Under the pieces are notes generated by a model. The model searched no databases. It was not told the origin of the DNA and saw nothing but the letters and a program-made list of their open reading frames with translations. Below are positions 31,128-41,518 of a stretch of DNA of 64,000 nt, piece after piece; the stretch's first letter is position 1, and the number at the start of each line of letters is the position of its first letter. Made by a program: the position numbers and the translations under genes. This DNA is from an uncultured bacterium (lineage in GTDB: Bacteria > Cyanobacteriota > Vampirovibrionia > Gastranaerophilales > Gastranaerophilaceae), in contig CACZCH010000011.1 in assembly GCA_902779645.1 (NCBI GenBank), forward strand, positions 7,587 to 71,586, written 5' to 3'.

Positions 31128-32684
31128 TTACCCCTTTTTCTTGTCTGCAAGTTCACTATCCATTCTTAAGAAAACAGGTTTTATATTCTCTTTGTCTATC
31201 AAATGTCCTGCCTTCATATTTGAACAAGTTAAATCATCCAGTTTCGTACTCAAATTATAACTCAATTGCTCAGCCATAGACTTTGAAATATTAGGACAGA
31301 ATGGGTAAATAAGAGATGTAATTACGCACATTACTTCAAGAACGTTAGTAAGAACCACTCCGCATTTTTCCATATTACCCTCTTTTGCAAGAGTCCAAGG
31401 AGCATTATCGGTTACATATTTGTTTGTAATATCTACAAGTTCAATAATCTTTTGACCAGCCTCTGCTATTTCAAAATAATCAAAGTGATGTTTTACAGCT
31501 TTAACGGTTTCCATAGCTTGTTCTGCCAGTTCATTTTTACCTAAAAATTCTGATTTGATATCTCCTTCAAAATATTTTACAAGCATTGAAAGAGTTCTGT
31601 TCAAAAGATTACCCATCGAATTTGCAAGATGAGCGTTAACTTTTTCTTTGAAATCATCATCCGAATAGTTTCCGTCTTTTCCGCAAGGCGCAGCAACTGC
31701 CATATAGTATCTGAGAGGGTCAGGAATTTCAAGATTAAAAGCTTCCAAAATTGAAGTAGGAGAAATTACATTCCCTAATGATTTTGACATTTTGGTTTGG
31801 TCAATTGTAATCCAGCCATGTGCAAAAATATGCTTGGGAAGAGGCAGACCGAGCGCCATCAATATTCCAATCCAATAAATACTATGGAATTTAAGAATGT
31901 CTTTACCGATAACATGAACATCACAAGGCCAGAATGTATTAAATTGTTCACTACTTCCGTCAGGGTCATATCCTATTGCTGTTATATAGTTTGAAAGAGC
32001 ATCTATCCAAACATAAATTCCCTGCTCATCATCATTCGGAACAGGAATATTCCAGCTTACATTTGATTTTGAACGAGAAACAGAAATGTCTTCAATGTGT
32101 TCAAGCTGATTAAGAACTTCTGTTGCCCTCCAAGACGGCATTATAAATTCAGGATGCGTTTGAATATGTTTTATTATCGCATCTTTGTATTTTGTAAGTT
32201 TAAAGAAATAGTTTTCTTCACTTACAACCTCAGGTTTTCTTTGGTGGTCAGGACAAAGCCCGTCTTCAGTTAAATCTTTTTCGCTTAAAAATGCTTCACA
32301 GCCTGAACAATAAAGCCCTGTATAAGCGTGTTTATAAATATCACCTTTATCCACAAGTTTTTGGAAAATCTTTTGTACAACTTTTTCATGCTCTTCATCA
32401 GTTGTTCTTATAAATTTTGAATATCCGATATCAAGAGCTTTCCAAGCATCTTTAAACTTAGATGCGTTCGCATCACAGAATTCTTTTGGAGAGATTCCTT
32501 TTTCTGCAGAAGTTTTTTGAATCTTAATACCGTGTTCGTCCGTTCCTGTTAAAAAAAACGTATTGTCGCATCTTTGGGTGTAGTGTCTATATATAACATC
32601 TGTCAAAATCTTTTCGTAAGCGTGACCGATATGCGGAGCGCCGTTTACATAATCTATTGCAGTCGTTGCATAAAATCTTTCCAT
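31128..32684 (-). CDS. metG: Methionyl-tRNA synthetase (short form)
   Basis: HIGH (PHIGHAY), GTDEHG, YVWIDAL, GKDI, KMSKS. Confidence 0.96.
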   Translation of the reverse strand: MERFYATTAIDYVNGAPHIGHAYEKILTDVIYRHYTQRCDNTFFLTGTDEHGIKIQKTSAEKGISPKEFCDANASKFKDAWKALDIGYSKFIRTTDEEHEKVVQKIFQKLVDKGDIYKHAYTGLYCSGCEAFLSEKDLTEDGLCPDHQRKPEVVSEENYFFKLTKYKDAIIKHIQTHPEFIMPSWRATEVLNQLEHIEDISVSRSKSNVSWNIPVPNDDEQGIYVWIDALSNYITAIGYDPDGSSEQFNTFWPCDVHVIGKDILKFHSIYWIGILMALGLPLPKHIFAHGWITIDQTKMSKSLGNVISPTSILEAFNLEIPDPLRYYMAVAAPCGKDGNYSDDDFKEKVNAHLANSMGNLLNRTLSMLVKYFEGDIKSEFLGKNELAEQAMETVKAVKHHFDYFEIAEAGQKIIELVDITNKYVTDNAPWTLAKEGNMEKCGVVLTNVLEVMCVITSLIYPFCPNISKSMAEQLSYNLSTKLDDLTCSNMKAGHLIDKENIKPVFLRMDSELADKKKG

Positions 32685-32759
32685 TATAAAATCCTCTTAC
32701 GTTAATAATAAAAATTTTAACATAAAGAAAAATAGGCGCCAAATTAGCTTTGGATTGAT

Positions 32760-34016
32760 TTATTCAGCAACGCGAATTAGACTGTTTACAGTGCAGTCAT
32801 CAAGTTCGTTTACAACTTCTTTAATCAATTTTTCCTGACATTTTTCTGTAATTACAACAATATCTGCGGTAGAATTTTCAGCAACTTCTTTTTGCATAAT
32901 ACTTGCTAAACTAATATTTTTATTAGCACAAATCGTACCGATTTTAGCAATTACACCAATTGCATTCGGAGCAGTAATTGAAATGTAGTATTTGTTAAAA
33001 GTATTATCTATATGAATCGGATTTGCAGTATTTTCATGATGGCATCTCATCATTGGAAGCATATAATCCGTTGTACCGAATTCTGCCTGTATAGCCAAAA
33101 TATCACCTATAACAGAGCTTGCTGTTGGGAATTCGCCTGCTCCGGGACCGGAAAGAACAATATTTCCAATCGGATGCCCGCTAAGCTCGACAGCGTTGGT
33201 AACATAATTTATATGAGCAAGTGTAGATGTTTTTTTGACAAGCATTGGGTGAACTCTAACATCTGCATTCCCATTGTCATCAATGTTAGCACTTGCAATA
33301 AGCTTAATTTTATATCCGAGTTCATTTGCATTTGCCATGTCTTCTTTTCTGACTTTTGTTATCCCTTCTCTGTATACGTTTTCAAGTTTAACTCTTTGTT
33401 TAAACGCAAGCGTAGCAAGCGTTGTAATCTTGTATGCAGCATCAAATCCTTCAACATCGCCTGTCGGGTCTGTTTCTGCGTAACCCAAAGATTGAGCCTC
33501 TTTAAGAACATCTTCATAAGAAGCGCCATCAGAATCCATTTTTGTAAGAATGTAGTTAGTTGTACCGTTTAAGATTGCTTGTATTTTATTAATTTTGTTA
33601 CCCGCAAGAATTGTTTTAATAGGCATAATTATCGGTATACCGCCTGCTATTGCTGCTTCATACAAACAGACTCTATTGTATTTTTCTGCAAGATTAAAAA
33701 GTTCTTCTCCTTTTTTTGCAAGAAGTTCTTTGTTTGCAGTTACAATGTGTTTTCCGTTTTTGATTGCAGTAGAGATGTACTCCCATGCCGGTTCAACACC
33801 GCCTATCAGTTCAACCAATACATCAATAGAAGAATCATTAACTATTTCCATCGGGTTGTCAATTAATATTCCGACTGGAGTTTCAACTGAACGCGGTTTA
33901 TTGATGTTTTTAACTGCTATTTTAACAATTTCAACATTTTGGAAATTTTGTAATGTTTTATAAACACCCGTGCCAACAGTACCGAAACCAATAAGACCGA
34001 TTCTTAGTTTACTCAT
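32760..34016 (-). CDS. hom: Homoserine dehydrogenase with C-terminal ACT domain
   Basis: G.GTVG, VTANK, EAAIAGGIP, NGTTNYIL, DPT.DVEG.DAA.K, GAG..PTAS. Confidence 0.95.
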   Translation of the reverse strand: MSKLRIGLIGFGTVGTGVYKTLQNFQNVEIVKIAVKNINKPRSVETPVGILIDNPMEIVNDSSIDVLVELIGGVEPAWEYISTAIKNGKHIVTANKELLAKKGEELFNLAEKYNRVCLYEAAIAGGIPIIMPIKTILAGNKINKIQAILNGTTNYILTKMDSDGASYEDVLKEAQSLGYAETDPTGDVEGFDAAYKITTLATLAFKQRVKLENVYREGITKVRKEDMANANELGYKIKLIASANIDDNGNADVRVHPMLVKKTSTLAHINYVTNAVELSGHPIGNIVLSGPGAGEFPTASSVIGDILAIQAEFGTTDYMLPMMRCHHENTANPIHIDNTFNKYYISITAPNAIGVIAKIGTICANKNISLASIMQKEVAENSTADIVVITEKCQEKLIKEVVNELDDCTVNSLIRVAE

Positions 34017-34145
34017 AATATTCTCCTGTTAAATAAATAATTTATATTATATAACAAAACTTAGTTCTAACAAAATAATTGACTACAAACTATGTCCATG
34101 ATAAATTGTATTTGCGGTTTAGGCTGTTTGAAAATTAAATAACTT

Positions 34146-34215
34146 GGGTGCGTGGCGCAGTTGGTAGCGCAGTTGACTCTTAATCTCAGGTTTTACAGGG
34201 TTCAAATGCACACCA
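34146..34215 (+). tRNA. tRNA-Lys(CTT), 5' half intact and 3' half degenerate; probable att site / pseudo-tRNA
   Basis: GGGTGCG-TG-GCGC-AGTTGGTA-GCGC-A-GTTGA-CTCTTAA-TC is canonical; downstream the anticodon and T stems no longer pair, only GGTTCAAAT and GCACACCA remain. Confidence 0.75.
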
Positions 34216-34467
34216 CATAAGGATTACAACCAACTTTAACACATTTTTGAAAATAGGGCTGAAACCCTTGATTTTTCGTTGTATTATGTTCAACCGTTAC
34301 ACAATTATTACACAAAAATTTTTAGGAATTTTTTAACATAATTGCAAAAAAATAATGGAAAAAATAGAAAGATTTTTAACTTTGGCAGATAAAAAAATTG
34401 GGTAATAAAAACTTTATTTTTTACTTTTACTTAATACTACATATAAAGAGAAAGTTGTAAAACTTCA

Positions 34468-34704
34468 CTAGTGTACATATTCTTGATTATCATTTGAACC
34501 TTCTGTATCAATAAAGAAGGCATTTATTAAGTCAGCATTTCGCCTGAGTAATTTAATTACAGGTGCTAAGTTGTAACACTCTTCTTTTTCTGGCTGAGTT
34601 TCGCAAAAGTAATCTACAACAACAGCTATGTTATATATGTCATTTGCTAATTTGCTTAGCTTTTTAAACTCTTTTAGTGTAAGATTATATCCAACTTCTT
34701 CCAT
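34468..34704 (-). CDS. Small hypothetical protein
   Basis: 78 aa with AGGAGG SD. Confidence 0.65.
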   Translation of the reverse strand: MEEVGYNLTLKEFKKLSKLANDIYNIAVVVDYFCETQPEKEECYNLAPVIKLLRRNADLINAFFIDTEGSNDNQEYVH

Positions 34705-34791
34705 AAAATGCCTCCTAACTCAAGAGACATCTTACCGCGCAGAATCCAAATTCGCCAACTACCCTATCCCAAATTTTTACATGGGGACATA

Positions 34792-37700
34792 TTATTCTAC
34801 TTCCATAACATTGTCAGTCCAAAGTTCACATTGTTTCATTACTGTTTCAACTGCACCTTGTTCTTCTTCTGGAGGGTAATTATATTTTTTAAGCAGTCTT
34901 TTTACCATCATCATCATTTTTGCTCTTGCAAACTGCTTATTCTGCCAGTCAACAGTTTTATTTCTTCGCAAAGTATCTGTTAATTCTTTCGTCATTGCAA
35001 CAAGTTCTTCATTCTTATAAAAATCTTTTACTGCTTGAGGTCTTGTTAAAGCATCATAGAAAGCAATCTCTTCGTTGTTAAGTCCTAATTCTTCACCTTC
35101 TTTTTGAGCTTCTGAGATTTGTTTAGCAATTTTCATTAACTCTTCAATAACTTCTGCGTTTGTGATTAGCCCGTTTATGTACTTATTCATTATTGCCTGA
35201 ATAATTTCACTAAATTTTTCACTCTTAACAAGGTTTGTTCTTTTGTATATAGAAACCTGTTCAGCAAGAAGTTTTTTCAAGATTTCAACTGCTATATTTT
35301 TCTCTTTCATTTTGGAAATTTCTTCCAAGAATTTAGGATCAAACAGAGAGAACTGTTCTTTTACATCCGAGAACAAATTAATTACACCATCACTCTTAAT
35401 ACTTTGCCTTAAAAGTTCATTGATTCTTTCATTCATTTCTTTTAATGAGATTTTCTTATTACTACCTGAGTTTAAATCTCTCATTACTAAAACTCTTATT
35501 GCTTCAAAGAATGCAGCTTCAATTCTATCATCTTCATCTACTATTGAGGAACAAAGAGATAAAGCTTGGTGTAACATCAACGCTTCTTTTAGGAATGTTT
35601 CTTTTTTATCTTTATAATTTGGTGCGATAATAAAGTTTATGGCTTCTTTTATTGCTCTTGATCTATCTAAATCAGAGCCTGTTTTGAATTTTGAATAATC
35701 GTGTCCGTGGAATAAATCCTGACAAACTGATAATTTTTCTTTGAATTTTGGATAAGCTTGTGTTGAAATATCAGGATTGCCGTAATTGTTTCTATCTCTT
35801 ACTGTGTAATCATTCATTGCTTGTTTTAGAGCAGTTGCTATTCCAACATAATCAACTACCAAACCGCCTTCTTTATCTGCATAAACTCTATTAACTCTTG
35901 CTATTGCCTGCATCAAGTTATGTCCTGCCATTGGTTTATATACATACATTGTAGCAAGAGAAGGAACGTCAAATCCTGTAAGCCACATGTCAACAACAAT
36001 GGCAATTTTTAGCGGACTATCTGCCTTTTTAAATTTGTTAGCAAGTTCTTCTTTATGTTTTTTGTTTCCGATAATTTCACGCCATTCTTCAGGGTCATCA
36101 TTCCCAGAAGTCATTACCACTGCAACTTTTTCTTTTCCTTTTTCGTTCCAATTTGGGCGAAGTTCTAATATCTTATGATAAATCTTTAATGCTATTGTTC
36201 TAGAGTAAGCAACAATCATCGCCTTGCCTGTTAGCAAATGTTCTCTGTTTTCTTCATAGTGCTTGATAATATCATTTACTAATGAATTTATTACATCATC
36301 ATCACCCAAAATTGTTTCCATTTGTCCAAGTTGTTTTTTGCTTTTTTCAACAACTTCAGGGTCAGCATTAAGAGCCATTAGGTCGTATTCTTTATCAATA
36401 AGTGCTAAGGTGTTTTGGTCAAGATTCAGCTTAACAACTCTGCTTTCGTAATATACAGGACGAGTTGCCCCATCTTCAACCGCTTGTGTCATATCGTAAA
36501 CATCAATGTATTCCCCAAAAACTTCTCTTGTGTTTTTATCTTTTTGAGAGATTGGAGTACCTGTAAAACCTATAAAAGTTGCATTAGGTAAACTATTTCT
36601 GATTACTCTTGCTGTGCCGATTTTGATTTTACCAGTTTTTGCATCGACTTTTTCAGTTAATCCGTATTGTCCCCTGTGTGCCTCATCAGCCATAACGATA
36701 ATGTTTCTTCGTTCTGTTAGCGGTTCTTCGGATTCTTCAAACTTTTGCATTGTGGTAAAGATTATGCCGTTTGCCTCTCTGCCGTCCAATAATTCTTTTA
36801 AGTTTTCTCTGCTTTCAGCCTGAACTGGTGTTTGACGGAGAAAGTCCTTGCATTTAGAAAATTGACTGTATAATTGATTATCTAAATCATTTCTATCAGT
36901 CAAAACAACTATTGTAGGACTGTTTAAGGCTTCTTGTAAGAGGTGAGCATAGAATACCATTGATAAAGATTTTCCACTTCCTTGAGTGTGCCAGAAAACA
37001 CCGCCTTTTCCGTCAGTTTCGGTTGCGTGTTTAGTTGATTCAATAGCTTTTCTTACTGCAAAATATTGGTGATAAGCAGCAAGTATTTTTATTCTGTCTA
37101 TGCCGTCTGAGGAAAAACAGATAAAGTTTTTAATAATATCAAGTAATCTCTCTTTCGGGAAAATTCCTTCAAAGAATGTTTCAAAATCTGCAATTTTAAT
37201 GGATTCAGACTTGCCGTCTTTAGTTTTCCATTCCATAAAACGTGACTCGTCAGAAGTAATTGTTCCAGCACAGCTTTTGATTAAATCACTCATAACACAT
37301 ATTGCGTTATAGGTAAACATTGTGGGAATCTCATGCATATAATTTCTGATTTGTCTGTATGCTTCACTTGCATCGGTTTCTTCTCTTGAGGGAGATTTTA
37401 GCTCCATTAAAACAACAGGAATTCCGTTTAAGAAAATTAGAATATCAGGACGTTTTTCGGAATTTTCGATGAAAGTCCATTGGTTAGCGATAATGAATGA
37501 GTTGTTGTTAATGTTTTTGTAATCTACAAGGTAGATAATTGTAGAACGGCTTTCCCCGTTTTCTAAATAAGTTGCGGTGATACCGTTTTGCAAGTAATCC
37601 ATAAATACGGTGTTTTGTTGTGGAATATCACTATTTTCAATATGTTTAAGCTTAAATATGGCATCTTCAATAGCTTCTTGCGGAGCTTTTGGGTTAATTC

Positions 37701-37848
37701 TATTGATAGAATCAAGCAAAATGTCTTCATACAGAGGGCTGTAATAATCATGTTCGACATCATAACCGCAAATGTGGTCATACCCCATTTTTTCAAAAAG
37801 TTCTATTATCGAATTTTCATAACTTTGTTCTGTATAAAGACTTTGCAT
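34792..37848 (-). CDS. hsdR: Type I restriction endonuclease subunit R
   Basis: RPDILIFLNGIP..LMELK, WHTQGSGKS, DEAHR, GFTGTP, VVDMWLTGFD, QAIARVNR; C-terminal DUF3387-like. Confidence 0.96.
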   Translation of the reverse strand: MQSLYTEQSYENSIIELFEKMGYDHICGYDVEHDYYSPLYEDILLDSINRINPKAPQEAIEDAIFKLKHIENSDIPQQNTVFMDYLQNGITATYLENGESRSTIIYLVDYKNINNNSFIIANQWTFIENSEKRPDILIFLNGIPVVLMELKSPSREETDASEAYRQIRNYMHEIPTMFTYNAICVMSDLIKSCAGTITSDESRFMEWKTKDGKSESIKIADFETFFEGIFPKERLLDIIKNFICFSSDGIDRIKILAAYHQYFAVRKAIESTKHATETDGKGGVFWHTQGSGKSLSMVFYAHLLQEALNSPTIVVLTDRNDLDNQLYSQFSKCKDFLRQTPVQAESRENLKELLDGREANGIIFTTMQKFEESEEPLTERRNIIVMADEAHRGQYGLTEKVDAKTGKIKIGTARVIRNSLPNATFIGFTGTPISQKDKNTREVFGEYIDVYDMTQAVEDGATRPVYYESRVVKLNLDQNTLALIDKEYDLMALNADPEVVEKSKKQLGQMETILGDDDVINSLVNDIIKHYEENREHLLTGKAMIVAYSRTIALKIYHKILELRPNWNEKGKEKVAVVMTSGNDDPEEWREIIGNKKHKEELANKFKKADSPLKIAIVVDMWLTGFDVPSLATMYVYKPMAGHNLMQAIARVNRVYADKEGGLVVDYVGIATALKQAMNDYTVRDRNNYGNPDISTQAYPKFKEKLSVCQDLFHGHDYSKFKTGSDLDRSRAIKEAINFIIAPNYKDKKETFLKEALMLHQALSLCSSIVDEDDRIEAAFFEAIRVLVMRDLNSGSNKKISLKEMNERINELLRQSIKSDGVINLFSDVKEQFSLFDPKFLEEISKMKEKNIAVEILKKLLAEQVSIYKRTNLVKSEKFSEIIQAIMNKYINGLITNAEVIEELMKIAKQISEAQKEGEELGLNNEEIAFYDALTRPQAVKDFYKNEELVAMTKELTDTLRRNKTVDWQNKQFARAKMMMMVKRLLKKYNYPPEEEQGAVETVMKQCELWTDNVMEVE

Positions 37849-39338
37849 TAGGCTTTTGCTCCTTTGATTACTTTTAGAGTACTTAATAATTTTGTATCAT
37901 AAACTTTTCTGTCATTTACATAAAAATCAACCTTTTCACCTTGTATAGTTAAATCTATTTTGTTTCTTTGTCCTAGTATGAAAGGATTTTTATTATATTT
38001 AAAAAATCTTAGTCTTCCGTCTATTATTATATCTATTGTAATAGTTCCATCATAAGATTTCCAAATTTTAAATTGAGTTTTAGCGGTTGAACTAGAAAGA
38101 CTGAAAATGAAAGAACCTAATGGGTACTTATCCCAATCTATTAAAGGTGTAAAGAATATATTATTTAATTCTATTTTTGGATTATTATATGGTAATTCTG
38201 GGATGTTATTTATATCTGTATAAACTGTCGGAAATTTAAAATCAAAATCAATATTTTTTCTTGTTTTGCAATTCGGTATTACAAAAAATTGCATGTTTGC
38301 AGTTTGATATATTGAATTTGATATTACAATTGCATTTATTCGTTTGGTAGATCTTTCTAACCAAATCTTTATCTTAGAATAGTTACTATGTATATACTGT
38401 TCATAATTCAAGTTATTATTACAAGGGAGTTGAATATGCAAAAGATTTAATTCATTTTTTATTAATTGCTTTCTTGCCTTATTGATTTCATTATATATTT
38501 GTTTATCAAAATTTATGTTTGGTTTAGATTCTGTTCCCATGAAAGTTAAATTAAAGAAGTTATTAGGTAACATTTCTAATGAGATATGCTGTTCTGAATT
38601 TCCAATATGTATCTCACTACAATTATTATCAATTTTATTAATTTCTACTTCTACATTGTAGTTTGTTATGTAATATTTACCAATGGAATCAAGCTTTATT
38701 AGGTCAATAATGTTTTTTACAACTTGATTAATATCACTTTGATAAAAATTTTCTCCTGTTTTAACCCAGATGCTATATGATTTATTATTCTCAATACAAA
38801 AATTTTGAACTTGTTCTGTTAAAATTTCACAAGCACAATGGTTTTGGATATCATAATCTTCTAAAGATTTACACTCAATATTTATTTTTTTTGTGTTGTT
38901 GTATTTATCATATATTGTGAAATCAGGAATTTTTCCTTTGTTTTGTTCTTCATTATTTATTTGAACTTCGTTTAAATCAGAATATAACCTTGCTGTTTGA
39001 ATCTCAAATGCCGCGGAATAGAATGTATTTTTTTGTAACAAACTATTAATCAACCTTTGTAGATTTGGAAGTTTTTCCATGTCTAATAAATTTAATATTA
39101 TAGTAATAATAAAATGTGTACCGAATGAACACTCTGCTATACCTGTTTCTTTGTTGCGTTCTACATCAAGATTATAAGAAATCCAATAATCAAAAAAAGG
39201 ATGATAATTTCTTCTTCTTTCTTCATTAGACATTGTACGATATGCATCTGCCTGTTGAATAAAATCTTCTCCCAAGAATTCTTCAAAAAGTTTTCTATAG
39301 TTTTCTAAACGCTTTGTATCAATATCAATAATTTCCAT
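37848..39338 (-). CDS. Hypothetical protein with PD-(D/E)xK-like nuclease motif and beta-rich C-terminal domain
   Basis: GKIPDF...NIECKS; TAATG overlap with hsdR. Confidence 0.6.
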   Translation of the reverse strand: MEIIDIDTKRLENYRKLFEEFLGEDFIQQADAYRTMSNEERRRNYHPFFDYWISYNLDVERNKETGIAECSFGTHFIITIILNLLDMEKLPNLQRLINSLLQKNTFYSAAFEIQTARLYSDLNEVQINNEEQNKGKIPDFTIYDKYNNTKKINIECKSLEDYDIQNHCACEILTEQVQNFCIENNKSYSIWVKTGENFYQSDINQVVKNIIDLIKLDSIGKYYITNYNVEVEINKIDNNCSEIHIGNSEQHISLEMLPNNFFNLTFMGTESKPNINFDKQIYNEINKARKQLIKNELNLLHIQLPCNNNLNYEQYIHSNYSKIKIWLERSTKRINAIVISNSIYQTANMQFFVIPNCKTRKNIDFDFKFPTVYTDINNIPELPYNNPKIELNNIFFTPLIDWDKYPLGSFIFSLSSSTAKTQFKIWKSYDGTITIDIIIDGRLRFFKYNKNPFILGQRNKIDLTIQGEKVDFYVNDRKVYDTKLLSTLKVIKGAKA

Positions 39339-39357
39339 TTGTCTGCATCCACTTTGT

Positions 39358-40236
39358 TTAAATTAATTCTTCCGCTTTTCCTTTTGTCCCTTTTATCGTT
39401 TTTAAAAACTCATCTACATTACTTTTTCGTTCTAGGTTGTCTTTTATTAAGACACAGAAAAGCATAAGTTGATACAATTCATCATACCATTTTTCTAATT
39501 CTTTTTCATCAAGGTTAATTATTGTATTTTTATTATCTTTTTTAGTTTTATTGTTATGTCTAATGTGTAAATTATTAAATAGAGCATTTGTTTTATTTAA
39601 AAAGTCATTATATCCTTCAAGTGAAGATGTAAATAGAGGTTCATATTCTCTATATATACTGTTTAATAGATTTCTCTTTTGTTCTAAATCACCTTTTAGC
39701 GATAAGTGGTTGTACATTAAAATAGCAAGAGCTGTTTCTTCTGAAGATATTTCAGCAACTGCTGTTGCAACAGGATTTTTAGGAATTAATAGTACTTTTT
39801 CTTCTTTTTCATTAACATGAATATCGTGATTTATATAATCTAACAATTTTTTCATATTTTCCATTAATATATAAAAATCATCTTTTACATCACAGTCGGA
39901 TTGTTGATAAATGTTGTACTTCTTAACTACCAAATATATTAAATTATTATAATATTCTAAGAGTTTTATACAGTCATCAAAAGAATCTTCTTTAGTATAT
40001 TTAAATTTTATTCCTAAATCTTGTTTAATCTCATCACAATTAAAATAAAAACCTCTTTGTTTCCATGATTTGAACAACATTTCGTCTACAAATTCTTCTA
40101 TTGTATAATTTGTAGAAACAGTGTAACTATCATGATATTCTATTAGATTTATACTAAATAAAAGAATAATTTTATTAACTTCTTTGTATATATCAAACTT
40201 ATTCTTCATTAATGTAAAAATATCTTGTCTAGACAT
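39358..40236 (-). CDS. Hypothetical protein, possible AbiJ/HEPN-like
   Basis: Helical C-terminal domain with FNNLHIRHN; AGGAGG SD. Confidence 0.5.
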   Translation of the reverse strand: MSRQDIFTLMKNKFDIYKEVNKIILLFSINLIEYHDSYTVSTNYTIEEFVDEMLFKSWKQRGFYFNCDEIKQDLGIKFKYTKEDSFDDCIKLLEYYNNLIYLVVKKYNIYQQSDCDVKDDFYILMENMKKLLDYINHDIHVNEKEEKVLLIPKNPVATAVAEISSEETALAILMYNHLSLKGDLEQKRNLLNSIYREYEPLFTSSLEGYNDFLNKTNALFNNLHIRHNNKTKKDNKNTIINLDEKELEKWYDELYQLMLFCVLIKDNLERKSNVDEFLKTIKGTKGKAEELI

Positions 40237-40250
40237 TTATACAAATCCTC

Positions 40251-41516
40251 CTAACTGTTTTTTACATATAATTGAACGGCCTTTTCAACAATATCTTTTG
40301 CAATAATTCTTGAAGAATCTCTATTAATACCTGATAGATAGAGTTCTCTAATTATTAAAGTTAGCATTTTACTTAATATAAATTCTTTTTTATACCAATC
40401 AATACATAAATTATTGAATATACATTGTGCTATTCTTTTGGCCAACACTTTGTCTTCAGACTTAGAAACTATATAGTCAAATAATTCATCTTTAAAATTA
40501 GGATTACCTTCGTTTTCTACCATAATATTTGTATAATAATCCTTATGGTTAGACTGTTTTTCATATCTTTCAAAATCAGGTGCATCAAAAGTCTGTTTCA
40601 TATTTACAGTTTTAATATACCTTAATTGATGCTCTAATTCTGGGAATAGTGTTGATTCATTTATATTGCATAAATTAAGCTCATCCAAAATTTTTTGTTT
40701 ATTTTCACCTGAAACATAGAAAAATTCTTTTTCAAATTCGTCTTTCAAACTTCCTTTACATTTTGTTATAACCCCTTTTTCATCTTCTCCTTTATACGAA
40801 AACATGCTTGGCAATAAGAAGGCACCACTTTGTGCCATTAAACGAATATTATTATTTGTTGGCTGTACAACATATGTAGATTGGATTATGTTTATAAATC
40901 TCTCAAATCCATCTCCAAGCCAATCATTTTTTTCTCTTTCTGTTATTAAATCACTATTATATAGCCGATTTATTACATTTTCCAACGAGTTCTCGTTTTG
41001 TAAATTATACTTTGCTAATTCTGTTACAATTTTTACATACTTATCATCTGAATATACAGGATATGCTTTTTTATAATAAATTAGCCCCCAAGGCTCAAGT
41101 AATTCAATATTATTTTCTTCATCTTCATTTTCTTCTTTCTCTTTAAAATATTCTTCCTCCCCATTAATTTGACAAGCAAAATATAATGCTACTAGTGGAT
41201 TCGTTGTTAAATCTAACAACCTAGTACAAAGCCCATAATGTTGACATTTTGTCATAAGGTCAAAAGTATTGTTAATGGAATTAAATTCTTCAGGGAATTT
41301 TTCTATAGGTTCTTTGAGCAATTGGTGTTCTGAATTAAGCAAGCCCATTCTAAAAATACTTGAATAAATACCCCAATATTCGACTTGTTGTCCTCTAAAA
41401 AAATATTTCAAGGCATAATCTTCATCGTTTTCCCTTATCTCATTAATTTTTTTTAAAAATGACCAAACGGAATCAATTTCATAACCTTCTGACATATCTA
41501 AAGTTTTATGAGCCAT
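40251..41516 (-). CDS. FRG-domain protein
   Basis: FFRGQ, QHYGL.TRLLD.T.NPLVALYFAC, N.RL.AQSG.F, LFPELE. Confidence 0.92.
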   Translation of the reverse strand: MAHKTLDMSEGYEIDSVWSFLKKINEIRENDEDYALKYFFRGQQVEYWGIYSSIFRMGLLNSEHQLLKEPIEKFPEEFNSINNTFDLMTKCQHYGLCTRLLDLTTNPLVALYFACQINGEEEYFKEKEENEDEENNIELLEPWGLIYYKKAYPVYSDDKYVKIVTELAKYNLQNENSLENVINRLYNSDLITEREKNDWLGDGFERFINIIQSTYVVQPTNNNIRLMAQSGAFLLPSMFSYKGEDEKGVITKCKGSLKDEFEKEFFYVSGENKQKILDELNLCNINESTLFPELEHQLRYIKTVNMKQTFDAPDFERYEKQSNHKDYYTNIMVENEGNPNFKDELFDYIVSKSEDKVLAKRIAQCIFNNLCIDWYKKEFILSKMLTLIIRELYLSGINRDSSRIIAKDIVEKAVQLYVKNS

Positions 41517-41518
41517 AA

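Noticed and set aside
31069-31260. 63-aa ORF overlapping the metG 3' end
   Set aside because: Antisense shadow with no start context.
34146-34215. Functional tRNA-Lys
   Set aside because: The anticodon and T stems cannot pair and the 3' half is shortened; kept only as a disrupted tRNA/att site.
34628-34983. Plus-strand ORFs 34628-34879 and 34708-34983 as possible excisionase or antisense genes
   Set aside because: They overlap hsdR and the 78-aa gene on the other strand and have no recognisable motifs.
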